In this document: positions 38,117 through 51,480 of the stretch, in pieces
Layout: every line of letters begins with the position of its first letter
How positions within the stretch are numbered: the first letter of the stretch is position 1
Assembly: GCF_009834535.1 (NCBI RefSeq)
Contig: NC_045697.1
Coordinates: 35,528,001 to 35,592,000, forward strand
Reading direction: 5' to 3'
DNA: 64,000 nucleotides
Source of the DNA: Camelus ferus
Taxonomy: Eukaryota
Made by a program: the position numbers and the translations under genes
Notes under the pieces: generated by a model
Told to the model about the DNA's origin: nothing
Seen by the model: only the letters and a program-made list of their open reading frames with translations
Database searches by the model: none

Positions 38117-41100
38117 TTTAGACTATGGTTGAGCGACATTTTAGGTAATAATATGGCACATCTTGAACACAAAAGGAATGGGTAGAAGTGGATACTGCCC
38201 AACGTCCATATTTTTTAGAGCTCTGAGGAAATTCCTATTAAATAGGCATTTATTCAGCACTTTATGCTTAAACACTAACACTATAAATAGGAATGAAAAA
38301 GAAATAGAGGAAAAGATCCTTATCCTCTAGGTATTACAAATGTGATTTGGGCACATGAAATAATTAGCAATGCAATATTCTGTAGTTCATGGAAGAAGAG
38401 ACAGTATGGCTTGGAGTTGTTGGGGAAACCAAAAGGAGTAGGTGGGTCAGATCTGGCAATGTAGGAGAATCAAGTTGGAAAAGCAGTGAAAGTTTTTGGA
38501 TAGCTGGGTGCCAATTCTAGTCTTTTTATCTGTTTATTTGGGAGTCACTAGAGGTCTCTGAACGTGGATGACAGATGTTCCAGGATGCTTGATGTGTGGG
38601 CATTTGTAGAAGACACGGGAAAGAAGAACACCAGCCAGCAGGCTGTTGGGGATATCGTAGTAACAGAGATTTGAGGTAATGAGGGCTTAAACTAAGGTGG
38701 GATGAAAAAGGAGAGATTAAAAATACACTTCAAGAAAAGAGTTAACTGAATTTGTAGCCAGGTTCAAAAAAATCCCTCATGTTTACTGAATGGTGACTAC
38801 ACAAACACGGGGACTGATGCAGGGAGAAGATTTTACACATGCTGCATTTGAGCTGAATGAGAAACAACCACGTGCCTCAAAGGCAACAGGAAGGATGGGC
38901 TGGGATATTACATCAGTCAGGACTAGAGACACAGATTTGACAGTTCACAGTTTACTGTGAAAATCAGTATAGAGGGAAGAGAACAAAGAGCCAAAGATGC
39001 AGTCCTGGAAAACTTTAAATGTGCAGAAACAGTGGAAAATTAGAAATACAATGAATGACGCAAGAAAACTAAGAATGTGCAGTGTTGCTGAACTTGATTT
39101 GTCAAGAAGTGCCTCTGTGACTTTCAAAGATGAGCTGAGTAGCAAATTGGTAAGGAAATAGTCCCCTAAAGATGCCAGCATGTATATATTTATTTTTGAG
39201 TCCAGAAGGAGAAAATTGGAAAGAGAGATGACTGTAGCTAGAGAATGACGTACTGTCAGAGGAAAACTGTGCGTTTTGTTGTTGTTGTTAGTAATTCTCT
39301 CTCCTTTCCCCCTGTCCCCACCAAACCGGGGAAAGACTTGGATGTTTTATGGCAGAGGAAAGATGCCAAGGGGGGCAAAGATCAATATCTCAGGGTTGGG
39401 CAGGATAATGAGGGAAACAAGGCCCTTTAAGAGGCAGGAAAGAGAGTGATACAAGGTACAGGAGAAAAGATAGTCTTAAAGTGAACAGTCTTCACTGAAA
39501 CAGTTCACATCAAGAAGAGAAAACATTCTTTTTGCTGGGGATGTAAAAGGCAAGGTCATCTGCCAAGAATGAGTGCAGAGGGGAATTGGAATCTTATCAT
39601 GGTTGCAGGGATGACAGGCTGGTTGAGGGCTTACGGAAAATGGAAAAAGATAGGAGTAATTGTGAGTAGGTTGGCAGATAAAAATGTTTAAACTCCAGAA
39701 GGCAGTAAGAAAGGCTCCATAGAAGATAATTCAACCTACTCAACAGATTTTTATCACAAAACAGGTTACTGAATACAGCTGTGCAAGTTGTGTATCTGCA
39801 TGAGGCACAAATCTAAGAGGGTGCATTGACACTGCAGATATGTTAGAGTTGAATATGCAACTCTTTGATAGTTTTTTGGCCAAAGGCAGTAAAATACCTT
39901 AAAGGAAGTGTGCTTTAATTTTTAGACACACTATGTGCTTATGACAGTGCTTACAGATAGGCATTTTAAAAGTCTTAACCCAAAGTTCACATGTAAGCCT
40001 ACATAAAAGAGACCTCAGACGAATTCTACTCTTGCCTGCCAATTCATGTACATGACTATATTTAACTTGATGCAGTTATCATTTATTGAGGCAATACTAA
40101 ATGCCAAATACCGCAGACTACCAAGATGAGCACGACATAGCACCTACCCTCAACGAACTTACTTACAGGCCAGGAGAGCAGGAAGACAGGGTCACTAACA
40201 ACTGCAGTTCGACATGCTAAGTGCTGTAGTAGAACAATGCATACAGTAATGAAAGAGTGCCTAAGAGGAATGCCACTCTACTCAGTCAGCAGAGGCACCA
40301 GATGAAGGTTTTTAAGAAAAGTTGAGGTTTCAGTTGAATCTTGAGGGATAAGTAGGAATTAGCCAAGTAAAGTGCAGAGAAAGGCATTCCAGGCAGAGGG
40401 AATGGCATGTTAACTCTGAGCACAAGTCATCTCTGTGTGGACTAATTTTGGTAGTTTTATGTGGATGGTGAGGAGGATGAGTATAGAAATGGGGCAAAAA
40501 CTGAAGTGAGAAATGTGGTTAGGGGCCAGTAAATGAGTGGACATAAGGACTACGTCAAGAAGGATGGACTTTATGCTGAAGGCAATGGAGAACTACTGAA
40601 GATTTAAAATAGGTTAGTGATACAATCAGATTTGCATTATAGCAAAGTCAAACCATAAAGAGATGAAAAGGACTAGAAGAGTTTAGAGATGAAGATATCA
40701 ACAGCAGGTGATCCTAACAGTCCAAATGAGGGCTTGACTGAGCTTTGGAGTGCAGATGAAGATCGGGGAGAGGCCTTAAGTGGTTGAACTGACAGGACCT
40801 CGTGATTGACTGGAGGTGAGTGTGACACAGGGGGATCTAAGATGACTCCCAAGTAGGACCTGCTACATACTTCGTGGGATCTGTAGCAAAAAAGAAAATG
40901 TGGGGCTCTTTGTTCAAATATCAGGTCTGGTACAACAGAGCATTAAACGAAACGCATGTCCCTTCTGAGCTCCCTTAAGCTGGCCCTACTCCTAAATTTG
41001 TGGTGAGGTTAACCAAGTGAATGGATGGTTGTAGCCCTTTTAATGGTGAATATGACGCAATCCGGTTTTGAACATTTCTGAGTTTGGGATGCTTGTGGAA

Positions 41101-42019
41101 AATTTAGTTAAGTTCAGGCTGGGGACATAAATGCCTAACTCTGAAGTGGAGATTGAGGGATGGATCAGATTACCCAGTCTATGTATAAAGCAAGAATAGC
41201 TCAGTGGAACCTCAAGAGAATCAATAGGTGATGGAGATGAAAAAAAAAAAAAACAATGGACAATTTTAATCTCAACAACTGCAAGAAACATTGTCTCCTT
41301 TCAATTTCACTCCTCCCTTTAGATTTTATTTTATTGTTAGGATCTGCAGCATGCCTACTGTCTTTAGCTGATTTGTCTGCATGTGGCAGTTTGACTTTAA
41401 GCTTTGAAGGCAGATGTCATGCCTTCTATTTCTTACATCCCTTAGAATGACTATTCCAGTGATATCTATCTACTAGGTCTCTAAAAGCAGTTATTTACTT
41501 AAGGAAATCGTTCCAGAAAAGATTTTCTGGAAACAGAATGTTGGCAGCTTAACTCTTATTTACTTTTTCAACAATGCTGAAGAATGAGACTTTTTCAAAG
41601 AAACTGTTACACCACGTTTTTTCTTTTTTTTGGGGGGGGGAATAACAGTTAAGAGAAAGTGACTATTAAAATAATTTTTATTATAACAAATCACTCTAGT
41701 AACTATAGGTATATATATGTGTGTGTAAAGTATATGTATGCATATATATATATGGCTTGCTTTTTGGAAGAAAACAGCCTTTTAAACTATTCTAAGTTAC
41801 AAGTTTCCAATGCAGATCAGGAAATACTTGATAAAGCATTTAAAAAAAATGATTTTAAACCAACTGGATAGGAGACAGTTATATAGTCTTAGTCTTGGTG
41901 ACTAAGTCTCCAAAAGCCAAAGCAGGAGGAGAAACCTGGATGTCTGCATTTGGGGATGGCAGAAACAAGAAGTGGCCGCAAGCTGACACCCAGGCAACAG
42001 CTGACAATTTCTTGGCCCA

Positions 42020-42900
42020 TGTCAGGGGAGGCTCGCGGCTCCGGGGTTGAGGTTATTTTTACTCGCATCTTCGCTGGCCACGGAGCAGGGCATGTCCCCG
42101 GCACGTTCTGACGCAGGCTCCGGGCTGCCACCGCCGCCTCCCGGTCCCGCAGGACAGCGACCCCTCCTCACCCGCCGAGGGACAGCCAGGCCAGACCGAG
42201 GGCCGCGGCCCGCTCCCCCTCCCCCTCCCCAAAGCCCCTGCCCGGGGTCCCGCCCGGCCTTTGCCAGCATCCCGGGCGGCGGACAGCTCCTCCCGCCCCG
42301 CCACGCCCCGCGGAGCTCGGCCCCGGCCCGCCCTCGCGCCCCGGTCCCCGCCCGCCGGCCGTACGGCGGGCCCCACCGGCAGGACCCCGTCCTCCCCGAC
42401 CCTCCAGTGCCCGGCCGCAGTGGGGCTCACAGACCTGCTCGGCCGCCGCAGCCGCCGCCGCCGCCGCCGCTGCCGCCATCTTCCCGCGCCCGCCGCCGCC
42501 GCCGCCACCGCCCTCCCCGCCGCGGCCGCACCCCGCGCGCCTGCGCCTGCGCCCTGGAGGGGCGGGAGCGGGGCCCGCGGCTCGCCGCGCCGCACCCCGC
42601 ACAGCCCAGCCCCTGGCGGGGAGGGTCCGAGCCCGCGCGCCGCCGGTGCCCGCTCCGCTGCCCTCTGCGCCCTGGGATTCCACACGACCTCGGGCCGCCT
42701 CTAGATTCTTCGAAAAGGGCGCCCTTAAAATACGGAGGACGCCTCTCCGTCCCCTCCTCCACTCCCCGCCACGAGGGGCTGGTGCCGTCCCGAGTCCTCG
42801 TTGCTTCACGTGCCGGGGTCTCCCTGGCTAGGGTGGGAAGGGGGTGTTTTAGAGAGTACACGTGGACGAGGAGGGAGGTGGTGACAATGTGGACAGAAGT
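42020..42900. promoter_or_regulatory. SGCB: SGCB CpG island and promoter
   Basis: Very GC- and CpG-rich, with GC boxes. Tandem NRF1-like GCGCCTGCGC at 42537-42552, YY1 motif AAGATGGCGGC over the ATG, and E-boxes CACGTG at 42807 and 42859. Confidence 0.88.
42435..42479 (-). CDS. SGCB: Beta-sarcoglycan exon 1 (MAAAAAAAAAAAAEQ)
   Basis: Strong Kozak AAGATGG; 45 nt; donor CAG|gtctgt; lies within a CpG island. Confidence 0.93.
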
Positions 42901-45900
42901 TAACAAGTTTTTGATTTTAGGCAGCTAAAATCTTGAAAACCGAGCCTCCTTAAGGAGGACATACAGTCACTTAAGGTATGCTTCTTATCTTTACAGGGAC
43001 TATGAAGTCGGATGCTTTTTCTGTGGTATTGGGGTGGGTTTTTCATTTTTTATTGGAAATAGTGTGGCTTTATCTCCTGGGGAACCTGCTTTAACAGATA
43101 TTTACTGCACATCTGGAAGCCACTCAGATATACAGGTAACTAGAGTACACATTCCTCTTTCCCTGCCCTCAATAGAATCCAATAATCCTTAGTTTAAAAA
43201 AAAAATGCTGTGAACGCCGCGGCAACAAGGGTACAAGAGCTGTTTCTCAGGTAGCTGAAACCACTTCTAAGCACCTCTGGGCTCTGGGCTGCCCAACTCA
43301 GCAGGAACCATCAAAGAGACTTGCTGGCCAAATTTTCCTTTCTCTGGGAACCAGATCAGTTTTGCTATTCTGATGACTGGAGCCGTTATTTCTCTGCCCT
43401 GCCTACTTTACATCAGAGGACTGTCGTGAAGTTTAAGTTAGACACTCTCATGTGGTAAGGCGCTCACAATCTTTTCTCTTCTCTCCTCTGATTTTAGCTA
43501 ATGTCAGAACCTTGCTGGTCATCAGTCTCTGCATATCCTCTTTCCCAATGCTGAAACAACTTGACTCCCATCTCTAGTCTCACTCCTGCCTGGGTCTTCA
43601 GGACAAATCTCATCTTAGCTGGGAAGACTGTGAGTTATAGCCCGATGCTTTGGGAGTCAGTATAAGTCTCTGTTAATAGTCTGGCTGTGGTCCCAATTAT
43701 CCATTCAGATAACCGGGCTTTTGACTGATGCTTAGTTCCTGTCTCCAGTTCTTGTCTTGTAGTTCTTACTCCCCAGACTTTGCCTCTTTCCCCTCTGCTT
43801 GGAAAATCCTTCTCTTTTTCTCTGGCAAGCATGCTTTTATTCACCCTCCAAAAATCCATTCAAATGTCACATTCTCTTTAAATCCTTCCCAGGTGTATAA
43901 GCAGTTTTAGCTGATCCGTCCCTTATCTCTGCTCCCGGTCTTTTCTTGCATGCACTTCAGATTGCATTGTATTTTATTTTGTTTTCCTGCCTGACTTCAT
44001 CTAAAAAATGGGGAACTCTATCTGGAAGGCCCACATCTTACTCATCCTTTTATCTCCAATGCCTAACACAGTAATGGCACTTAATGTCTTAGAAATCTGC
44101 CCAGCTTCTAAGACCAGTAGACCTGTCTTGATCTTGCCAGCCTCTCTCCCATTTAGGTGGTGAGATACCTGATAACAGTTATGTCCTTCTGGCTGTCTGA
44201 AAAAATATTACCGCTTCTCTTCCTGGAGATATCCTCTCCATCCTTCCAGAACTGGCTTTAAATGTCACTTTCTTCTATAGCTTCCCCGATCCTTTCTTCA
44301 GGGGTGTCAAGGATGAGGTAGAGGAAGGATCAGGGTTACCGTAAAATTTTATATTTACCCCGTTTAACTTGTCATATTGAACTACAGCTGTGTCTCTCTC
44401 TCTGGAAAATTGTGAGATGCTAGGGAGAACGGACTGAGTCTAATTTTGACTTATGATTAAGGCAGATGTTTCTGTCACACTAGAAATTCAGTAAATGTTT
44501 ATCAGATGTGCTGAAAAGATCTATTTCAACATCCTTCATCCTAGAAGATGTTCTCATGCTCATATCCCTCTCCTGGGGGTGTTTACCGGTATCTTACAAT
44601 GTAGATCATACCCACTGCAACCTTGCATCAACTTAATGTGTCCTAAACTCACCCCTTCAATGACCATTTTCACAGAGCCAAGTATTTACCATGTGTCTAG
44701 CGAGCAAAGCTGAAAAGATTGAGGTCAAGGTGCCTTCTTTTTTGAACTAACTATAATGATGGAAACCTGAGTTGAGATAGAAGGAGTATCTGGTAGCCCT
44801 CAAAAGTCACACTAAGTCTACATTCCCCCCCCCCTTCTAATCTGTATTTGCTACCAATGTTCTATAGTAGTTTATTTACATGATAATGTGATAGTTATGA
44901 TATATTAAAATTTTCCTCTTATTTTTGTACGTTAATCAATTGTGGGCATGAAATAAATTTACAGAAAAATTCTAAACTGTCGCACTGAGCAGGGAACTCT
45001 TATTGGTATCGCATAGAATACAGCATCTCTGCTTCTGTCCATTGGGGGGAACTGTCATCAGCTCAGGTCCCTACCAATTAGTTCTCCAACGGATGATTAA
45101 AAAAACCTTTTCCTTTCCAGTGTGGCAGAGAAGACAAAGGGCCAAATGAAGCTGATAAAATGAAAACCAGCACTCAGGGTACAGAACACTGAGTAAATGG
45201 ACAAATTAGTGTTTTCTACCTATGAGTGGAGACAAAGTGCCTTGGCAACACCACCAATAAAAATGAGATTTAGAGTAAGCTTCATGCAGGTGGGTCAGCG
45301 AAGGCTAAACAATTTTCTTCAAATAGTAATACAGGCCCTAAACGAAAGGAGTAAGGTTCTAATGTAGACAGCTGTAGGACGAGAATAGCATGGCACACAC
45401 CCAAGAGGATCAGGGCGCCTGAAAAAGCCTCCTGGCCAGAACAGAACAGATTATGCCTTTGGCCACACTGGCTAAGAGCCTGCAACTGTCCCTAGTGAGC
45501 AAGCACTGGAAATTATCATAGAATTCCACATAGGATTCCACTGTTCATCCTTGTGGCTTCTTGCATATATTTATGTTCAGTGTAGTGTGAAACTACACAC
45601 ACTGCTCTCACTCTGAGTGGATTTGGTTCATCTTTTGTTGGCTTCTTAAAATCCCAAATTAAAAATCTCTCCAGGTGACTGATGTAGGTAAAATTCAGAG
45701 CGGACAAAATTAGGGACTTTCAGAAAGTCTATTCTATCCAGACATTTGATACATTACACTTCTCTAGAACAAATGGCTCCTGGCTGGGTGGTTGAATTAT
45801 GATGCCCTAAGAACAACCAATGGGCTAATAAATTTGCTTACTTCTACCTCAGTGGGATTATGACATCAGACACCAAGCAGCCAGTCATCTCCTTCCTTCT

Positions 45901-46933
45901 TTCCTTCCTTGCTTCCTTCCTACCTTTTTTTCCTTCCTTTCACTTCTTTCTCTTTCTGTTAACAGTTCAGTTTAACAAACTTTTACAGAGGGCCTAGAAT
46001 GTGCCAGTTGCTGTGTTGAGGATATAAAGCTAAATAAATCTCTGCCCTTTTCTTTAAGAAGCTTACATAGGAGGTGCACAAGTAAGTGTAACACAGTATG
46101 ACAATTGCAACATGAGCCATGTGCCTAAAGTTAGAGAGAGAAGAGAGTGATGAGCTCTGAGGGGCTGAGGCAGGCAGGAAGATTCTGTCCATTTGAGCTG
46201 GGTTTAAATGTATTAAAAGTGCAACTGTAGAGAATCCCCTTGTCTGTTTCCTGGAGGTTAGGTGTATTAGTTATTCCAGCCAGCCTGCAGAATAAACTGT
46301 ATGCCAAAAAGATGTTCAGCTTTGCTGATTGGCTAACGCTCTCAGAATCAAGGCTCGACCTGAATTGAACTGAGCCAAAAGAATGAAACAATGGGCAAGA
46401 TTTGCTCAATCTGAACCGTAACCAATATGTTTTAAGAAAAAAAAAAAAAGGCAAAACAGCATTAAAGAATATTAGAACTGCAAGAAATCTTAGAGCTCAT
46501 CTAGTCCATGTTTTTCATGATATAGATAGAAAAAAATGTGGCTCAGAACGATTAGGGACTTATGTAAACTCATGGGAAAACACTAATTTGCAGAGTGTGT
46601 AATAAAGCAAGAGTATCAGAGTTCCAAGTTTATTCTTTCAGCTTCTCCGGGACACCTGATAGTGTGCCGGAAAGAAAGATCGAATCTTTATTTTTCCCCA
46701 AATAATTGCCTACTTGATCATATCCTAGAGTAATTGAATAGAAAAAAAATGAGCGCATCTTACTATTCTCCAAATAGAACCTTTACTTCTTTGATACTGT
46801 CACGTGTGTATATATATATACTTTTAAAGTAGAATCCCAACCTTGTTGAACACCTGCTTGTAATTTGAAGCATATGGATTCTTCTTTAATCAGCAGCATT
46901 GACTGTGGGCCCTACAGGCTCTAGTTCTGTCTC

Positions 46934-47569
46934 TTTTTTTAAAGTGAAGTATAGTCAATGTACAATGCTGTGTTCATACATAGTGAGTCAGTTATACACA
47001 TGCGCGTATGTATTCCTTTCAGTTATACACACACATGTATTCAGTTATACACACATATGTATTCTTTTTCATTATAAGTGACTACAAGATATTAAATATA
47101 GTTCCCTGTGCTAGACAGTAGGACCTTGTTGTTTATCTATTTTATATATAGTAGTATCTGCAAATCCCAAACTCTCAATTTATCCTTCCCCTTTCTTTTT
47201 CCCCCTGGTAACCATAGTTTATTTTTTGTGTCTGTGAGTCTTTTTCCATTTTGTAAATAAATTCATTTGTGTCATTTTTTTATATTCTACATATAACTGA
47301 TATGTGGTATTTATCTTTCTCTTTCTGGCTTACTTCACTTAGTATGATAATCTCTATGTCCATGCATGTTGCTGCAAGTGGCATTATTTCATTCTTTTTT
47401 ATGGCTGGATAGTATTCCATTATATATATGTGACATATATGATATATACAAAATATGTGTATTTTATATATACATATATAATATATATACACATACCATA
47501 ACTTCTTTATCCAATCATCTGTTGATGGACATTTAGGTTGCTTCCATGTCTTGACTATTGTAAATAATG
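46934..47569 (-). mobile_element. L1 3' end fragment
   Basis: Poly-T then L1 3' UTR motifs; degenerate TSD ctagttctgtct / ctagatctctct. Confidence 0.85.
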
Positions 47570-48419
47570 TCTAGATCTCTCTTAAACTGATTGTTACCCA
47601 GCACTCATCAGAAGCTCTGAGGAGGAGATCGTCATTAAACGGCACTTATGAGGATGCCCACTTATTCCTACAGGTGTGGAAGTTCTTAGCTTATATCAAG
47701 TTGCACTACCAGAGAGCTAAGAAATGAAGTGTCAGTTGCTTGGCCCTCTCTTTGATGGCATATGTTCTAGTGTTACCCCCTTGGCATTGATCAAAGATGA
47801 CTGCAAGAACAATCACATCAAGATTGTTTCTATATTTTCTAAAAAAGGGGGGAGGTGTTATTAAGGACACTTTCAGATGTGTTGTTCTATACTCTCTGGA
47901 AAAGGATGAACATATTTTAGAATTGTTACCAGAAAAATGCATTTTTATTCTAAGAATTGGTATATATAGTTTTAAAATCAATAATAATCATATCACTTTT
48001 CCTTTTTGCCTTGACTGCCACAAAACCCAGAAATAAATGTAAAGTAAGGCTCAATCTTAGTACATAGGTTTAAATTGGGGGCATATTTGCTTTTTCCATT
48101 AAAATTTTTTCTAAATCTACCAATGATATTTTCTATAAATCTTTTACTGTAAGTGAACTCAGATCGTTTTGGAAACTTTGGGAGGATAAATAATGAATAC
48201 ATTTGTAAAACACTTCCTTTGTTTTGAGTCCTTGGGGGCTATGCTTCTTTGTTATTAGTAAATACCCAGTTCCTGCTATGGACAACTGTGGTCCAGAGTT
48301 CTACAGAAACCAAGAGGTGCATGAAATGACTGCAGGCCTGAAGGGTCTTAAATCTAGTTGTGGGGCTGGAATATCACAGAGATAAATAACATCTGGTAGC
48401 ATATTCTAAAGTGATTTTG

Positions 48420-48575
48420 TCATCTACAAAACAGAAATAGACTCACAGACATAGTGAACAACCTTATGGTTACTGGGGAAAGGGGGTGGGAAGGGATAAA
48501 TCTGGGAGTTTGAGATTTGCAAATGTTAGCCAGTATATATAAAAATAGATTAAAAAACAAGTTTCTTCAAAAAAA
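48420..48575 (+). mobile_element. Short L1 fragment with A tail
   Basis: TSD aaagtgattttg on both sides; motif acaaaacagaaatagactcacagacatag. Confidence 0.82.
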
Positions 48576-50299
48576 AAAGTGATTTTGAAGACCCATTGTA
48601 CCCTAAGACCCTATAAGTCTATTAAATTAGTAATATGAACATTTGGTCAAAGTGTATTCTATTTTAAGTTGGCTTAAAAATTGATATTTTGACTAACATT
48701 TTTTGAATGCAGTAAAGTTTTTGGTTAATTTTGTCTCTAAATGAGTTTTCATAAAAGCAGTTTGTGTTCATGGTAGAAATTTGGAAAATCAGAAAAGTAT
48801 AAAGGAGCAAATTAAAATCATCCATAATCATGCCTTGGGTTCACATTGTATAACATAACACAATATATATAATTCAGTGTCCTGCTTTTTTCACTTAACG
48901 TTATATAATAAGAATTTCTAGATACTAGATATTCTTTAATAACAAGATTTCTATTGTGAAACATTTCATTGAATGATTTGCTCAATCATTACCCTATTGT
49001 TGATTTACATTGTTTCCAACCTCATTTTCTCTAGTAAATATAATACTGTGATTTACATTCGTAGTAATAGGGATTATAGCATTTAGGAAGTCCTAACTAT
49101 AATACATGCCAAGTACTGTGCTAAGTACTTCACATAAATGATCTTATTTAATCTCTTAATAATCCTGTGAAGAACTATTGTCCCTTGTTTACAGATGATG
49201 TAAACAAGGATTACAGGTCAATTAAAATGCCCACAGCAATAAAGAGAATTTAATCCTTAATCTGACATAAGCAAATATTCTGACTTGTTTTTATGAATAA
49301 TAGAACTGTTCAAAGATTTCAATTGCCTATTAAAATGTGCAATATTAGTTCCAAATTAAAAAATCTATGAGATTCTTTTCCATTCCCTTCCTTCTTCTTT
49401 ATATTTTCTTTTAAAACTGTCTCTAATGAATATTTAGTGTTTTTTTAACTTTAGTCATTGTTACTGTACTATGATGAAATAATATGTTATATCCTCTTTA
49501 TAGTACTTATTTTTTGTTAAGATATAATTAACATAATATTATGTACATGATTCACTATTTCTATATACTGTGAAATGATCCCCGCAATAGGTGTAATTAA
49601 CATCCCTCACCACACATAGTTAACAAGTTTTTTTTCCTTGTGTTGAGAACTTTCATAGTCCTTATTTTGTAGTCTACAGAAAATACTAGGAATATAGGCT
49701 CCAGAAACAAGCCTTTCATTTTTATTAGAGGGCAACAGAACCACTGTAATTAAGAGGGGAAAAAAAGGCGGTGAAAATTCTGAATTTTACCGTAGTTGGA
49801 CATGTGCAATGTTCACATTCTCAAATACCTGAAAAAAATGGAACTGAATTGAACTAGCCAGCTGACTAGCTAGCTGAGGCCCTGCTCCACCCCTACTGTT
49901 TTAATGACTAGATAAAGATGATTTGCAATCAGCATAAGGATTCTAAAGTGCTTAATGATGGTTAAAATGATTTCATTTCTTAAGTAGTTCAAACTCTCAC
50001 TGTGGCTCAATACACCCTTTTGAAATAGCGCCAAACCAGGTCTGAACTTGCACAAAGTCTCAATTAGAGAATTCATAATTAAACGAAACTTTAGAGTGCT
50101 TAATGATTCTAAAAATAGACCAAATGGTGTTTAACCCGGAGAGATTTAATTTGTGAACATCCTGGAACTAAAGTCTATTTACCTGGGCACCCCCCTCTCC
50201 CCAAACCTTGGGTGTTACAAATGAAGAATTCAAGGCTTGAGAAGTGAGAGAATCAAGGAGCCAAACAGGTGCTTTCTTCAGAGCCTAACCAAAAGCTTC

Positions 50300-51480
50300 C
50301 AGGGAGAAACGCCCTCCGCTCTTCTAGACAAGAAATCTCCGGCTGCCCCCCATTCCACACTGCCAGCGGGTCTCAGTCCATCAGAGGATCCGGGAGCCAC
50401 CATCTGTGGTGGTAGCGTGTTCCAGCCCCGGCTCAGCCCGTGGTCTCAGCAGCGTTGGGCACCCTCGCTTTCCGCCACCAGCAGCAGCACGAGCAGCAGC
50501 AGGACGAAGAACAGCAGCAGCAGGAGGAACGGCGGCATCGCGCGCGCTGGCAGGTGCCGGGGACCCCGGGGATAGCAGGAGGGCTGGAGGGCGGCTGGGC
50601 GGGAGGCGAGAGGAGGGCGCAGCGAGGGCTGGGCGGCTACGCCGTCGTTGCCAGGATGCGGGCCGCGCGCGTCCCTAGCAGCCGCCCGCTCACGTCAAAG
50701 TTTGTTTAATAATCGCCCGGGTATTTATGGCGGGGGCTGGGGGCGGCCCCGGGGGAGCCCGGAGACCGCGCGGGGCAGCGGATGAGGCGTGGCCGCTGTG
50801 GCCCAGGGCACCTCCCCCCCGGCTTCCCGAACCCTGCCCCGTCCGACCCCAGGGGGAGGATGGAAACACCAGCGACGCTCTGAGCCCCTCAGGAAGATAA
50901 CACCTTTCCCGCCACATCGCCCCGCGGTCCTGCGGAGGCCACCCCTTTGTCCCCTCCACGAGTCCATCTCCCAGAGCCGGGCGGAGCGGAAAAGCGAGCG
51001 ATGGCGGATAACCTGAGGAAACTGGTCTCCAACGAATCGTTACGATCCCTGCAGGACAAGCTGGAATGCTGGCTGAGGGAGTACAATGTGAGTCAGGGTG
51101 GGAGACCCCCGGGGCTCGCCCTCCGTCTAGTTCCTGGCACAGCCCTCGAAGGGGGTTCTTAGGGCCGCTCTCGGGGTGACCCCTCTGCAGAGTCCCTTGG
51201 TTGTGATTCCTGACTGGTACTCAGCCTCGGGCCGGGGTCGCGGGGAAGGAAGGAAGGACGCCTGCGGGCGGGCTCCCCTTTCACCCGGGAGGCCAGAGGC
51301 GGCTCCGGGGTGGCGCGGCGGGCGGAGCTGGGGTCTGGGAGTCGAGGAACCGACAGCGCCTTCCATCCATCGGTAGCCAAGGACGCTGGCCGCCCTGGCA
51401 ACGGGAAACCCAGCGAGCCGCCCGGGTCTGGTCAAGCCAGCCTGTCTCCCTTCCAATCCCCTCCGCCAGCACAATTCACC
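50300..51480. promoter_or_regulatory. SPATA18: SPATA18 CpG island and promoter
   Basis: CpG-dense region around the first coding exon, with X-box-like, CRE-like and forkhead-like motifs at 50647-50710. Confidence 0.85.
51001..51087 (+). CDS. SPATA18: SPATA18 (Mieap, mitochondria-eating protein) first coding exon; later exons were not found in the window
   Basis: gcgATGG start; MADNLRKLVSNESLRSLQDKLECWLREYN resembles the recalled SPATA18 N-terminus. Donor AAT|gtgagt; divergent from SGCB, as in other mammals. Confidence 0.92.

Noticed and set aside
42022..42928. Long overlapping ORFs (up to 293 aa) on both strands
   Set aside because: Stop-poor CpG-island artefacts with Pro/Arg/Gly/Ala low complexity; only the 45-nt SGCB exon 1 is supported.
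50237..50709. Plus-strand poly-Gln / poly-Ser ORFs upstream of SPATA18
   Set aside because: No ATG start; they derive from a degenerate CAG repeat in a CpG island.
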